A DNA stretch of 64,000 nucleotides from a virus, in IMG/VR virus record IMGVR_UViG_3300031463_000006, positions 3,925 to 67,924 of that record; one strand, 5' to 3'. Made by a program: the position numbers and the translations under genes. A model generated the notes under the pieces. The model ran no database searches, was not told the DNA's origin, and was given only the letters and a program-made list of their open reading frames with translations. Below, one piece after another: positions 9,480 to 19,202 of this stretch (its first letter is position 1; each line of letters starts with the position of its first letter).

Positions 9480-11987
9480 TCACGCCGCTTCGGACACGTC
9501 AACCGATTCGCCAACCGTTGTTTGTAGCACGATCGCATCGAGCGAAGATAGCGTGCGCACACTCAAGATGATTCGAAAGATACCAAGCGCAAGCGTGGTT
9601 GGCGTATTACCGCTCACGACATCTAACTTGAATCCGTCGATACGCTGTGCCGCAGGATTCCCAGGCGACAGAAGCGTATTCATGAATGCTCGAATCTCGC
9701 CAGTAATGAGTGCGCGTCGCGTGCGCGTGTTGAGTTTCTTCCCGAACGCCTTAAGTCGCCGCGCAAGCGAATCCTGAAGAAAATCAGCAAAGCGTCGTCG
9801 CGCAATGTTGCGCAAATTCGGCTGCACTTGCGGATCAACGCTAGTCACGCCGCTTTGGAAGATCATAGTACCGTTATCCATCCGCGGCGCACAGATGCCA
9901 GCTTCGCGGAAGTTTGTGTAGTCAATGATCGTCATCGACTGAACGTCGGGATTGTTCTTTTCAAGGCCGATCGCGCCGCCAGCGAATGACGTCAGTTGCC
10001 CGGGATTCTCTTCCGGCGCGAGCTGCGAGCATACCGAAATCAGGAACCCATCGGCCCCGACGTCGATGATCCCATCCGCCGAGAAGCCGTCTCCACCCGC
10101 AAGCCCTTTGCTTGCAATGATCGGCACGAACGTCTGAACCCCCGGATAACAATACCAAACACGTTGATCGCGGTATGCTCCAACACCCGGTTGTGCCGCG
10201 CCGCTAAGCGCCTGCGACCGGGTCGTCGTTCCAAGCGGAGGCCGAATGGCGCAGCATCGCCCGTACAACCCGCCTACGCTTGCATCGATTGTGTTCTGTC
10301 GCAACGCCGAACGCACTGCATTCGATTGACGTGCCGACCAAATGAGATTGGCTTGCGCCGCAACCGATGCCGGATTCAGTGTTGCATCGAGTGCCGTCAA
10401 ATATGCGGCATCGATCGCGTATTCCGAAAGTGCTGCCGAAAGACCGATTGGATTGACTACAGCAAGTGCAACCGAATCGTTATACCGAGCCAATCCTGTG
10501 ATACCTAGCGGCGACACTGCTGGAGCCGTACCATCATCCGTCGCAGGTCGTACCTTTACGCTGTACGGGCCAGGATTGTCCGCTGCGATGACGAAAGTTT
10601 GCATGGTGACCCATTGTTGCGCCGACGAGTCGTGCACGGGTGTTCCCGCCGCGACCTTCGAGCTATTCGTGCCAGGGCCAGCAAGGGCCAACACCGTTGC
10701 GCTTTGCACGACAACCGCCGTATAGCCGAGCGTCGTGTTGATGCGTGACGCAACCTGCGTGATGGTCTGGTCGGTCGATTTGAAAGTGATTTTCGTTGCG
10801 GGGCGACCCGTTACCTGCACGGTCATCGTTTCGCCGCCAACGAACCCCGTCGGATAGGTACCGGCACCGCTCGTCAAGACACTTTCCGGCGCGCTGGACA
10901 CCGCGAACCCCGTTGCGGCCGCGACAACGGCATCAATTGCCGTGATGGCAATCGTGTTCGGCACGTCTTGCCAAGCCGCGTTCTGACCGGCGGCGAACCC
11001 AAGCGCGAACGCGGTTCCTCCCGTAACACGCAACACGCCCGTCAATGGTTGGCCTACGTTCTCCATGCGCAACTGCCCGCTCGCAAGCTGACGCACTCGC
11101 ACTTCGCCAACCGATGCGGCGTTCACAACCGCGTCAATTTCGTTTGGAAGCACGGCTGCAATGTTGGCGACGTTGCCGCCGCCGCTTGCCGACGCAAGAG
11201 CGAACCCCGTCGCCGCAAGCACACCTGCCGTTGTCGGCGCTTTGATCTCGATCTTTCCACTCGTGCCTTGCACAAGCGACGACAACGTTGTGACGCCGCC
11301 GCCCGCATCGACCGCGGCCGTATATCCGAGCGCCGCGTTGATGCGCGCGATGACTTGTGCCTGCGTTTGATCTGTCGCCTGGAAAACGACGGTGTAATCG
11401 GTGCCGTCTCGGTTGATTGTCATTACCTCGCCGCCAGCGAATCCAGTGGGATAGGTCCCGGCTGCACTCGTCAACGTTGCAGGTGTTCCGGTAAACGTTG
11501 CCGTCCACGACGACGTTGCGTCCCCGAAGACAAGCGTTTGTCCGCTCGAAAGCGGGTACGAAAACAGCGACGAGCCACCAAGCCAAGCAAGCCGTTCGAA
11601 CTCTACCGAGCCGACGCTCGTGTCAACTCGGCACAAGATGAGACGTCGAAACTTCTTGCCATTGAGCGCGATGATGCCGTTGCCGTTCCAGTATTCTGGC
11701 ACGATCGCGCCGTCTGCTTTGCGACTTCGCGCGCATGGATTGTTTGCGACGTCGCCGTTGTAGACGAATCCAAAGCCGCCGAACGTGTTGGCGAGGTCCG
11801 TCGCGCTTGTGACCTCGGTCGGTTCGTTGAACGGTCCATCCTCAAACTCGGCAACGAGCAACGCCGTTCCTGTGCCGACGCCGCTAATGCTACCGGGCGG
11901 TTCAAGATCCAAGATGTTGACCGCTTCGATCTCGAGTAGAACCTCGATGCCTGGATCGGTCGTGAAACGACGAATGAACATGCTCAT
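9480..11987 (-). CDS. Contractile tail sheath protein
   Basis: N-terminal 'PGIEVLLEIE...FEDGPFNEPTEVTSATDLANTFG' and C-terminal 'LRNIARRRFADFLQDSL' sheath patterns. Confidence 0.9.
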   Translation of the reverse strand: MSMFIRRFTTDPGIEVLLEIEAVNILDLEPPGSISGVGTGTALLVAEFEDGPFNEPTEVTSATDLANTFGGFGFVYNGDVANNPCARSRKADGAIVPEYWNGNGIIALNGKKFRRLILCRVDTSVGSVEFERLAWLGGSSLFSYPLSSGQTLVFGDATSSWTATFTGTPATLTSAAGTYPTGFAGGEVMTINRDGTDYTVVFQATDQTQAQVIARINAALGYTAAVDAGGGVTTLSSLVQGTSGKIEIKAPTTAGVLAATGFALASASGGGNVANIAAVLPNEIDAVVNAASVGEVRVRQLASGQLRMENVGQPLTGVLRVTGGTAFALGFAAGQNAAWQDVPNTIAITAIDAVVAAATGFAVSSAPESVLTSGAGTYPTGFVGGETMTVQVTGRPATKITFKSTDQTITQVASRINTTLGYTAVVVQSATVLALAGPGTNSSKVAAGTPVHDSSAQQWVTMQTFVIAADNPGPYSVKVRPATDDGTAPAVSPLGITGLARYNDSVALAVVNPIGLSAALSEYAIDAAYLTALDATLNPASVAAQANLIWSARQSNAVRSALRQNTIDASVGGLYGRCCAIRPPLGTTTRSQALSGAAQPGVGAYRDQRVWYCYPGVQTFVPIIASKGLAGGDGFSADGIIDVGADGFLISVCSQLAPEENPGQLTSFAGGAIGLEKNNPDVQSMTIIDYTNFREAGICAPRMDNGTMIFQSGVTSVDPQVQPNLRNIARRRFADFLQDSLARRLKAFGKKLNTRTRRALITGEIRAFMNTLLSPGNPAAQRIDGFKLDVVSGNTPTTLALGIFRIILSVRTLSSLDAIVLQTTVGESVDVSEAA

Positions 11988-12011
11988 GGCGATTCCTCTT
12001 GCGAAAATGTC

Positions 12012-12986
12012 TCACGGCAACGCGGTTCGCGGCAAGCCACGAAATACCGCTTGTGCCACTGTTTCACTCGGCGAGTAAGGGGGCCTTCCTTGGGCCGTTT
12101 CGAACGAAGCGTTCTCGGCTGCCATCGTCTGGATCAAAGCGAGTAAGTAGTCCGCGGTCAACTCGGCTGCTTGCGCTTGCGTCAAGCCTAGCGTTGCACG
12201 TGCGATTTGCCGTGCAAATGCGACATCGATGCCCATTGCTCGCAACCCGGCTTCGCCTGATAACCCGGCCGATGCAGCAACCGCCTTGGCTCCAAGCCCA
12301 TCGGTAAACCCATTATTTGTTATATTCACAGCAATGTTTGGGTTCAATGGTAGGAATCTTGCGGCAGTTACCACGGGAACCGTCATTTGCACGAACAAGT
12401 GTACTCGTCGCCTCCCACGTACACTTTCATCTTCGAGATTCTCACGCTCCATAAGCGCAAACGTGGCAACAAGTCCATAATAATCGGGCATGATAAGACG
12501 AAGATCTGTCGTGCCTTCGTATGTACCCATCGCAACTTCGATTGCTGCAACGATGCTGCGACGTTCGGCAATCTTCGAACCCCATCCTTCGACCGTAATT
12601 AGCTCCTGATAGTCATACGGCACAAGAAGGGCGAGCCCGTCAACAGTTGCCGTTGCATCGTCTGGTTCCGTTCCCCCGATTCCGCGTGTCAAATACGAAC
12701 CACGGCCCGGAAGAATACCAATCGCTGGAAACTGCAATCCTTCAACATTATCCGGCTGCTCGATGAAAACACGATCGGGCGTAATGCTAAACGGCTCAGA
12801 CGGCATTCCCGGAGCCATCGTGCGGCGGTACACAAGCGCCGAAAGCCATCTGGCGAACACGCGCAAGGCATGCGTTCGCGCGTCTACGTCAGGCAACGGC
12901 ACCTCAGGATAGGGCGGCGGTTCTCCAAATCGCCGTGTTGGCGACGGCGGAAACGGACCCTGTAGATCGTTTGCCTTCGTGCTCAT
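12012..12986 (-). CDS. Putative tail terminator/completion protein
   Basis: Position just upstream of the sheath gene; 'FPAIGI' motif. Confidence 0.5.
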   Translation of the reverse strand: MSTKANDLQGPFPPSPTRRFGEPPPYPEVPLPDVDARTHALRVFARWLSALVYRRTMAPGMPSEPFSITPDRVFIEQPDNVEGLQFPAIGILPGRGSYLTRGIGGTEPDDATATVDGLALLVPYDYQELITVEGWGSKIAERRSIVAAIEVAMGTYEGTTDLRLIMPDYYGLVATFALMERENLEDESVRGRRRVHLFVQMTVPVVTAARFLPLNPNIAVNITNNGFTDGLGAKAVAASAGLSGEAGLRAMGIDVAFARQIARATLGLTQAQAAELTADYLLALIQTMAAENASFETAQGRPPYSPSETVAQAVFRGLPRTALP

Positions 12987-13507
12987 TTCCGAGCCACCTT
13001 TGCAACTTCACGCGCGACTTCTTGTCGTATGATAGCAGGTAGCGTATTGCGAGCATAATCCTCCATTACTCGCAATCCTTTTCCTCGCGCAAAGATACCA
13101 CGCCGCTTGAGTGCATGCATAATCGCGGTCGCAACACGCATTGCTTCGGCACCCGCTCGAATACCGAGTTTTCGATGCGCCCATTCTGCTATTGCAAGAA
13201 TAGCTTTTCGTGAGATAACAACATTCGCAGCAGGTACGCCGTATTCGATCATTGCTGCATGCGGAACCGGATTGTAAACGGCGGCCCCAGTGCTTAATCG
13301 TTCAACTTGCCATCCCGCACGGTAAATGCCGCGATCAATTGGCCTCGGCATCTTGTTTGGGATTTCCTTGACCACGATATCATGCTTCGCACGCAACGCC
13401 GCCGAATACAGACCATCGAGTGCAGCCGAGCGCAGTTGCTCAGCAAGCGGCCCATCTGGAGCGAAGTATCCCGCCGCCTCACGCATCGTAATGCGTAACA
13501 TTGCCAT
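12983..13507 (-). CDS. Neck / tail-completion protein (HK97 gp10-like)
   Basis: 'PIDRGIYRAGW...NPVPHAAMIEYG' motif. Confidence 0.65.
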   Translation of the reverse strand: MAMLRITMREAAGYFAPDGPLAEQLRSAALDGLYSAALRAKHDIVVKEIPNKMPRPIDRGIYRAGWQVERLSTGAAVYNPVPHAAMIEYGVPAANVVISRKAILAIAEWAHRKLGIRAGAEAMRVATAIMHALKRRGIFARGKGLRVMEDYARNTLPAIIRQEVAREVAKVARK

Positions 13508-14058
13508 CAACGACCCCCGAACGGCGGTAGGTTGTCTTGCTGCGTTGCTTCGTCTTGGCGTTCGAGCATCACCGTCCACGAAACATTCCCTGCAACACGG
13601 AACGGCTGCGAACTCAACCGAAAGCGCAACGCGACGGGACGGTCGCCGCCGCGCCCGTCTTCTCGCATCTCGTACCAGAAATCGATCTGCTTTGGCATAT
13701 CGGCGACTTGTCCCATGCCTGGAATCTCCAAGCCGCTTAGTTGCGCCTGCGTAAACCCAGCACTGATTCGTTCGAGTCGAATAGTACCAGTCGTCAACAC
13801 GCCGGCAACATACGGATTCTGTTGTAGCGCCGTTAAATCGGCAACCTTTGGCGTCGGCAAAATCTCGACACGCGCAATCTCGCGTTCAACGCCTTCGCCA
13901 CGTTCCTCGCCGTCGAACGTCGTCCATACAAGGAACACGCGATACGGCCGCAAGCCAAATTTTGTGCTGAATTGTCGTAGCCGATCGACTTGTCGGCGCA
14001 GCCGATGCGCTAGCGTGCGCTTTGCTTCGAACGGTTGCAGTGCTCGAGGAGTCGGCAT
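13507..14058 (-). CDS. Putative head closure (stopper) protein
   Basis: Position in the neck gene order, size and beta-rich pattern. Confidence 0.5.
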   Translation of the reverse strand: MPTPRALQPFEAKRTLAHRLRRQVDRLRQFSTKFGLRPYRVFLVWTTFDGEERGEGVEREIARVEILPTPKVADLTALQQNPYVAGVLTTGTIRLERISAGFTQAQLSGLEIPGMGQVADMPKQIDFWYEMREDGRGGDRPVALRFRLSSQPFRVAGNVSWTVMLERQDEATQQDNLPPFGGR

Positions 14059-14070
14059 AATGGGAGCATA

Positions 14071-14280
14071 TCACTCCGCATCGGGGTTGGCTTCTTCCTC
14101 GTCAGAGTCGGCAGCTTCTTCGTCGAACTCGTCGTCTTCGTCTTCGCCTTCCTCGTCTTCGTCGCCGGGGCCGTCCAAGTCCAACGCCTCGTCGTCGTAA
14201 CCGTAATCAGTATCTTTGCTTCGCTGCGACAACCATTTGGCGTATCGTTCCAAATCGGCTTGCGTCAATTCTTGTTTCAT
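14071..14280 (-). CDS. Small, highly acidic protein
   Basis: ATGA overlap with the topoisomerase stop; D/E-rich C-terminal half. Confidence 0.55.
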   Translation of the reverse strand: MKQELTQADLERYAKWLSQRSKDTDYGYDDEALDLDGPGDEDEEGEDEDDEFDEEAADSDEEEANPDAE

Positions 14281-15362
14281 GCGGGCCTCACGCTTTGCAT
14301 GTAGTTGTCGATGATCGCCGGGTTGATATACTTCTTCCGGCAAACCGCGGGTGTATTGTTAAGCTCTGCCGCAGCGGCCTTTACTGCGGCATTTACGTTT
14401 CGCTTGGCTTCAGCCATTGTGCGCGGCGTACCCATGCGCTCGAGTTCGCGAAGCGCAACCGCACTGCCACGATGTGTGCGAAAATCCTTTGCTGTAATCT
14501 TTACAGGCGAAGATTTTCGCAAGTAATCGTTCACATCTTCCGCCGTCGTATTCAGCAATCGATCGCCAGGTTGTTTATTTCGCACGGCTTCTTGCAACGC
14601 TTGCACAAGCGCCGGATCGCGTACAGGACGATCCCACATCTTACCGCTCTTGCCCTTGAATTGCAATCGCATCGTGCCGTCAGGTTGCTGTGTAACGTTC
14701 TCGACGCGCAGTGTTGTTGCTCCGCGAGAACCCGTGCGCTTTTCGTGTTCACTTCCGCCAATACGCATTGACGTTTCGGCGATAAGTGCTACTGCCGTTG
14801 CGGCGTTGCGCACGTGAGGATCGCTGCTCTTCAAATCATTGTTTACTTTCGAGAGTAGCTCAGGCATTGCCTTCGCCATTCTTGCGGTACGCGCAAACTT
14901 TCTAGCCGCCGCTTTCTGCTCGTGTTCTTCGGTGTATTTGTATGTCTTTACTTCGCGGCCATTACGATCGATACGATGAATTACCGCTTTCAATTCTGTC
15001 GAGCCGGGGAATTCATGCACCTTCAAAATCTTGCTAAGCGGATATCCCATATACCGCTGCTCTTTGCCTTCTGGTGCAGGCGGCAGCTCGGCAGCAAGTT
15101 GTTGCGGCGTCTTTACAACGGGCTCGCCGTGTTTCGATGCGGTTGTTGACGATTTCGTACTTGCCTTTGGCTTTTCTTTTGGTTTTTCTTGTTCCTTATG
15201 CTCGGTTGATTCTTTCTGTGCAACCGTATGCTTCGATACGTCGGCCTTTGGATGTTGCCGCAAATACGCTTGTAATGCGGCTTCGGTTGGGAACTCTGTA
15301 CCGCCGCCGCGTATTCCTGCGCCACCAAGAGCGCGAGCCCAAATGAGAAGATTCGGTTTCAT
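14277..15362 (-). CDS. topIB: DNA topoisomerase IB (bacterial/poxvirus-like)
   Basis: 'KFAR', 'MRIG', 'GATTLR', 'FKGKSGK', 'AKDFRT' and 'LNNTPAVCRKKYI' (catalytic Tyr) all present. Confidence 0.92.
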   Translation of the reverse strand: MKPNLLIWARALGGAGIRGGGTEFPTEAALQAYLRQHPKADVSKHTVAQKESTEHKEQEKPKEKPKASTKSSTTASKHGEPVVKTPQQLAAELPPAPEGKEQRYMGYPLSKILKVHEFPGSTELKAVIHRIDRNGREVKTYKYTEEHEQKAAARKFARTARMAKAMPELLSKVNNDLKSSDPHVRNAATAVALIAETSMRIGGSEHEKRTGSRGATTLRVENVTQQPDGTMRLQFKGKSGKMWDRPVRDPALVQALQEAVRNKQPGDRLLNTTAEDVNDYLRKSSPVKITAKDFRTHRGSAVALRELERMGTPRTMAEAKRNVNAAVKAAAAELNNTPAVCRKKYINPAIIDNYMQSVRPA

Positions 15363-15763
15363 CAGTGCATCACCGGCAAATTGATAGAACCAGCACCACC
15401 TTCGAATCGTTTGTCAAATGGATTCGGATAAACGCCAAGCACATTTGCAAGACCATTGCGCCAATAATGATATCGATGCAGTAGTGCTTGGAATTCGTCT
15501 TGGCGCACACCGATTTCATCGACTTGCGTTACCGCAAGCAACTCTTGATTCTCGATCAACTGCGCTTCAACGGCATCGCACTTTGCAATGAGCTCGCGCG
15601 CCAACGTTTCGGCCGCCGGAAGAACCTTGTTCATTGCAGATTCAATAATGAATGTTGTTTCAACGCCCGCCGGCGCACCAAGAACAAATGTCGCGGCCGC
15701 TGCAACATTCAGATAACCAAGATGATGCCGGATTCGAACTTTCTCTTCTTCCGTAAACGGCAT
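15362..15763 (-). CDS. Putative head-tail adaptor
   Basis: 'EEEKVRIRHHLGY' N-terminus; helical; located after the capsid genes. Confidence 0.55.
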   Translation of the reverse strand: MPFTEEEKVRIRHHLGYLNVAAAATFVLGAPAGVETTFIIESAMNKVLPAAETLARELIAKCDAVEAQLIENQELLAVTQVDEIGVRQDEFQALLHRYHYWRNGLANVLGVYPNPFDKRFEGGAGSINLPVMH

Positions 15764-15949
15764 GCTCTTACTCCTATATCGGTTTAGTCACCTGAATCGT
15801 TGCAACACCACGGCGCACGTCTATGTCATATCGTGCGATGAACCACAACAATGCCAACATGCAAAGATTGTTGTCTTGCAAAGCAGACCATGTATCCGGC
15901 TCGAGTCGGAACAAGAACTCGCTCGCAACATCCTTTGCATGCTTTCTCA

Positions 15950-16270
15950 TTACAAAGCCAAGCGCTCGAGTTCAACACCTTGTCGTACAAGCGCTTCGAT
16001 GTCGTAATTTGCACCATCAATTAGCTTGCCAGGCCGCAACAAAACCCGGGAACCACGATTCATAACAAGCGCCTGCCGTACGACACGAAACTTCGGCATC
16101 GCGGCCACCGTTACCGAGGCCTCGCCATCTCGCTGCACGGCGCTTGGCATCAGCGGCGACGGGTTTACCAGCTCGGTGCTTGTGTCGATGATCTCGGTCA
16201 TGCCATGCGGGCTCGAGACATACGGGTCGAACGTTGTTTCTTGTTCGTCGGTCTTGATTTTACGCGCCAT
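15950..16270 (-). CDS. Hypothetical virion-module protein
   Basis: GGAGG RBS; co-directional with neighbours. Confidence 0.55.
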   Translation of the reverse strand: MARKIKTDEQETTFDPYVSSPHGMTEIIDTSTELVNPSPLMPSAVQRDGEASVTVAAMPKFRVVRQALVMNRGSRVLLRPGKLIDGANYDIEALVRQGVELERLAL

Positions 16271-16298
16271 CGTGCACCTCCAAGCTCAACATACCGCA

Positions 16299-17132
16299 TC
16301 ATAGAAGCGGCGTCACTGCCTCCAAAATCTTTGTGTGATTTGCTGGCCTGTCGCCACGCAGAACAAGCGCCAAACCATTCACTTGTTTCATCATGTTGAT
16401 GCAGTGCCATCGTTCTTCGAATTCGTTTACCGAGATGATCGCACGCGCGTTGTCGACGCTCGGGTCCATACATTCGACAACGACAGCGTCGCCCATATCG
16501 GTTATCGCACACGGTACAACCCAATGACTGTTATCGTAACTCGATTCGTATGGCGAACCATCCGTTGCATGCATTTTCTTTGGATCTTTCCATGCCTGAA
16601 TACATGCAAGCACAACGGCACCTTCCTTTAGCGCGTCAACCACGTCATCAATGCGCATGGCTTCCCGTTTCTCGGGCTCCACACCGCATTGTTGCGCGGC
16701 ATAAGCCAACCCTTCGATGCTTGTGCCGCCATCGGCAGTTGTGCCAGCCAAGGCCGCAAGTTCGTCTTCCTCGCGGCCGATGCCGAATGCCGCAAGTGCG
16801 GCACGCAACGCAGCCGGGCCGCACGTGTAGTTCGTCACCTGCCGAACCCGTGGCACTCGCACACCTACGCCGCCTTTCCCGCCCATAGCGGCCGCCCATC
16901 TTGCGAGCGGAATGTCGAACGCGGCCCGTTCTTGTGCACTCGGCATTCCACGTCGCGCGCCTTTGCCCTTGCCGCGACGCGCACTACATCGTCCACCTCG
17001 CGCACAACCACCCGACTCGCGCGCCTTGCGCAAGGCCGCTGCAACTGCTTGGTCTTGCGGATGGCCAGCTCGCATCATTTCGCGGATGTTGCTGCTTATC
17101 GTTTCCTTCGACGAACCTTCTTTGAGCGGCAT
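16299..17132 (-). CDS. Peptidase C39-like cysteine protease with N-terminal extension
   Basis: '[12 protein letters not shown]', 'DGGTS', 'HWVV' and 'MDP' give the Q-C-H-D papain-like C39 pattern. Confidence 0.85.
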   Translation of the reverse strand: MPLKEGSSKETISSNIREMMRAGHPQDQAVAAALRKARESGGCARGGRCSARRGKGKGARRGMPSAQERAAFDIPLARWAAAMGGKGGVGVRVPRVRQVTNYTCGPAALRAALAAFGIGREEDELAALAGTTADGGTSIEGLAYAAQQCGVEPEKREAMRIDDVVDALKEGAVVLACIQAWKDPKKMHATDGSPYESSYDNSHWVVPCAITDMGDAVVVECMDPSVDNARAIISVNEFEERWHCINMMKQVNGLALVLRGDRPANHTKILEAVTPLL

Positions 17133-17165
17133 GACCCAATATTACCGCACGACATCGCAAATAGG

Positions 17166-17236
17166 GAATCGCCCGCGGCGACGTGCAACTGGAGGGGGAG
17201 GGGGGCAATAACAGCACGTCTCAACGCGGGCGATTC
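17166..17236. promoter_or_regulatory. Long intergenic stem-loop (possible processing site or terminator)
   Basis: Nested inverted repeats gaatcgcccgcg/cgcgggcgattc and gacgtgc/gcacgtc. Confidence 0.55.
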
Positions 17237-17247
17237 GAGCGGTGCCA

Positions 17248-17691
17248 TCAGGAGGGGTTACTGACGTCACCACCGGCAACGAAAGTATATTCGCCCGCCG
17301 GCGCCTGCGCAACATCATTCGGCAGGCGCGGCACGATGCAAAGCGAGATCGCTCCGTCGCTTGACCGCGCGTTCAAATGCGCAACGGTCGGTGTCTCGAC
17401 GTAAGCGAGTCGTCCGGCTCGCACAACAATGTCATGCTCGGGTTGCGTGTTGAACCACCGATCACTCAAATCGTCGTGCACGTAAACCGCAACCGGAATG
17501 CATGCGCCCTCCGGTGCATCGAGCCCAATTACAACTCGCTGAACGGGGAAGCCGTTGATGTTGGCCGGCCGCAACTCCAATAGGTTGTCGCGATCTGCAC
17601 GCGGCGCATGCGAAGGCGGTTCGTCTGTGCCGAGTGTTCCGCCTTCGCCAACCGTTCGCGTGAACTTGATCTGAAAGCGCATGACGCCCAT
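17248..17691 (-). CDS. Hypothetical protein downstream of the major capsid gene
   Basis: Start overlaps the capsid stop (TGATG). Confidence 0.6.
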   Translation of the reverse strand: MGVMRFQIKFTRTVGEGGTLGTDEPPSHAPRADRDNLLELRPANINGFPVQRVVIGLDAPEGACIPVAVYVHDDLSDRWFNTQPEHDIVVRAGRLAYVETPTVAHLNARSSDGAISLCIVPRLPNDVAQAPAGEYTFVAGGDVSNPS

Positions 17692-19079
17692 CAGCCAAGC
17701 GAATGCTCGATGACGACGGCGCGCTTGTATCGCTCTGGTCCCGTTCCGTTCGTCATGTCGCTTGGCACCGGGAAGCTAGTCGTAATCTGCCACGTTGCAG
17801 CAACTGTGTCCTGCAACCGATTCAGCGGTGCACGCAAGATGAGATCGATGCGCTCGGTTTGCACAGACACACCTGCGTTAATGATCTCGAACTCGCCCAT
17901 CTTGCCAGTGATACCGGCTTCGCTCACGTACAGATTGCCAGGCAGCCACTTCTCGTAAAGCGCTCCGCGACCCGTAATGATGATTCGACCGACACGAATC
18001 CCGCCTTCGTTCACTACTTCGCCGCCGATATCCTCACCATACATCGCATTTACACCCGTCGGTGTAAGCGCTCCCACGTTCAGGCTATCGGGCGACTCGG
18101 TGTTCATGAAGAACATGATGCCGGCAATCGTACCGATGAATCCTTCATGATAGATGTGATAATCCGGCAACGCAGTGTTGAGCCGCTGGAATGCCGGATC
18201 GGTAAACACTTGCGCGTTGCCATCCGGACTGATGTGTGCGTGATAGTAACCATCCTCGTGCGGCGGAACGTTGTTCCTGCGCAGCTTGTTCACCGCATTG
18301 ATCGCATCCTGCAACGTGAACACGTCACCTGCGCCAAGTGCATCGACAGAGGTGCCGCCGCCGGATCGAATCACAAGCGGGGCTGCGCTCGAGATGACCG
18401 GGGTTCGTGCGGGAATACCACCCCCACCAATCGCAGCGTCGAGCTGAAGCGTTCCCGGGCCAAACGGATCGTCGGGGTTGTCGGGCGTGAAGCCAACAAC
18501 ATTTCGCGTACCGATGGTCGCGATGTTGATGGCAAGCGGCGTCGCGGGGCTGACTGGAACGGGCCGCACCGTGGTCGACGGAATCACGACGTCAGTAAAC
18601 CCGTTGAGCGCTGCAACGCGAATAAACGTGTCGCCTGCCGCCGCCGCCGCAATGGTAAGCGTCTGGCCCGAAAGATACGCCTTGAACAATTCGTTTCGCG
18701 GAATGCGGTTGAGCGACTGCCCGGCCTGCAAGCCGAGCTGATGCACGTTGCGCAGAAACAGATTTGCCGATGCCGTTGCGGAAGTCGGCATGTGAGTGTC
18801 GATCGTTCCGCTATATCGAGCGAGCCGTGCAATCCATTGTTCGAAGTTGATCGACTGCGGAAGCGGATCGTTCCCAGGTGACAATGGCTTCGTGATTGGA
18901 GCCAGCAACCCGGGGCGCGACATGAACAACTCGGTTCCCGTGTTCGCTGGCCATTCTTCGACAAGTGCTTCCTGTCGATACTGTAGGGCGGGATACAAAC
19001 CATCGTGGAAAGCACGCTCAAGCAATCCTTGCTGGACGAGCTGTACGACGGCAGGCGGAATTCCTAGAACTAGCGGCAT
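17691..19079 (-). CDS. Major capsid protein
   Basis: 462 aa after the scaffold gene; strong AAGGAG RBS; HK97-fold-like 'AVNKLRRNNVPP..DGYY.AHISPD...L...GFIGTIAGIMF'. Confidence 0.85.
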   Translation of the reverse strand: MPLVLGIPPAVVQLVQQGLLERAFHDGLYPALQYRQEALVEEWPANTGTELFMSRPGLLAPITKPLSPGNDPLPQSINFEQWIARLARYSGTIDTHMPTSATASANLFLRNVHQLGLQAGQSLNRIPRNELFKAYLSGQTLTIAAAAAGDTFIRVAALNGFTDVVIPSTTVRPVPVSPATPLAINIATIGTRNVVGFTPDNPDDPFGPGTLQLDAAIGGGGIPARTPVISSAAPLVIRSGGGTSVDALGAGDVFTLQDAINAVNKLRRNNVPPHEDGYYHAHISPDGNAQVFTDPAFQRLNTALPDYHIYHEGFIGTIAGIMFFMNTESPDSLNVGALTPTGVNAMYGEDIGGEVVNEGGIRVGRIIITGRGALYEKWLPGNLYVSEAGITGKMGEFEIINAGVSVQTERIDLILRAPLNRLQDTVAATWQITTSFPVPSDMTNGTGPERYKRAVVIEHSLG

Positions 19080-19202
19080 GGTTATCTCCTTGCGTTGTGG
19101 TTGTTGCTTCGCCGCTTCCGTGCCGCTCGCCGATGGTCCGTCTATTGACCGCCGACGTTAGCGTTGTGCGACCGACCCGTCGCGCGCAAAGCCTTGGTGC
19201 AT

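Noticed and set aside
1148-11987. T6SS, tailocin or eCIS interpretation of the sheath, tube and spike genes
   Set aside because: Capsid, portal, terminase and DNA polymerase are linked, so this is a phage.
17703-18881. Long plus-strand ORFs (also 10968..11939, 6861..7709 and others)
   Set aside because: They are antisense shadows of well-supported minus-strand genes in GC-rich DNA.
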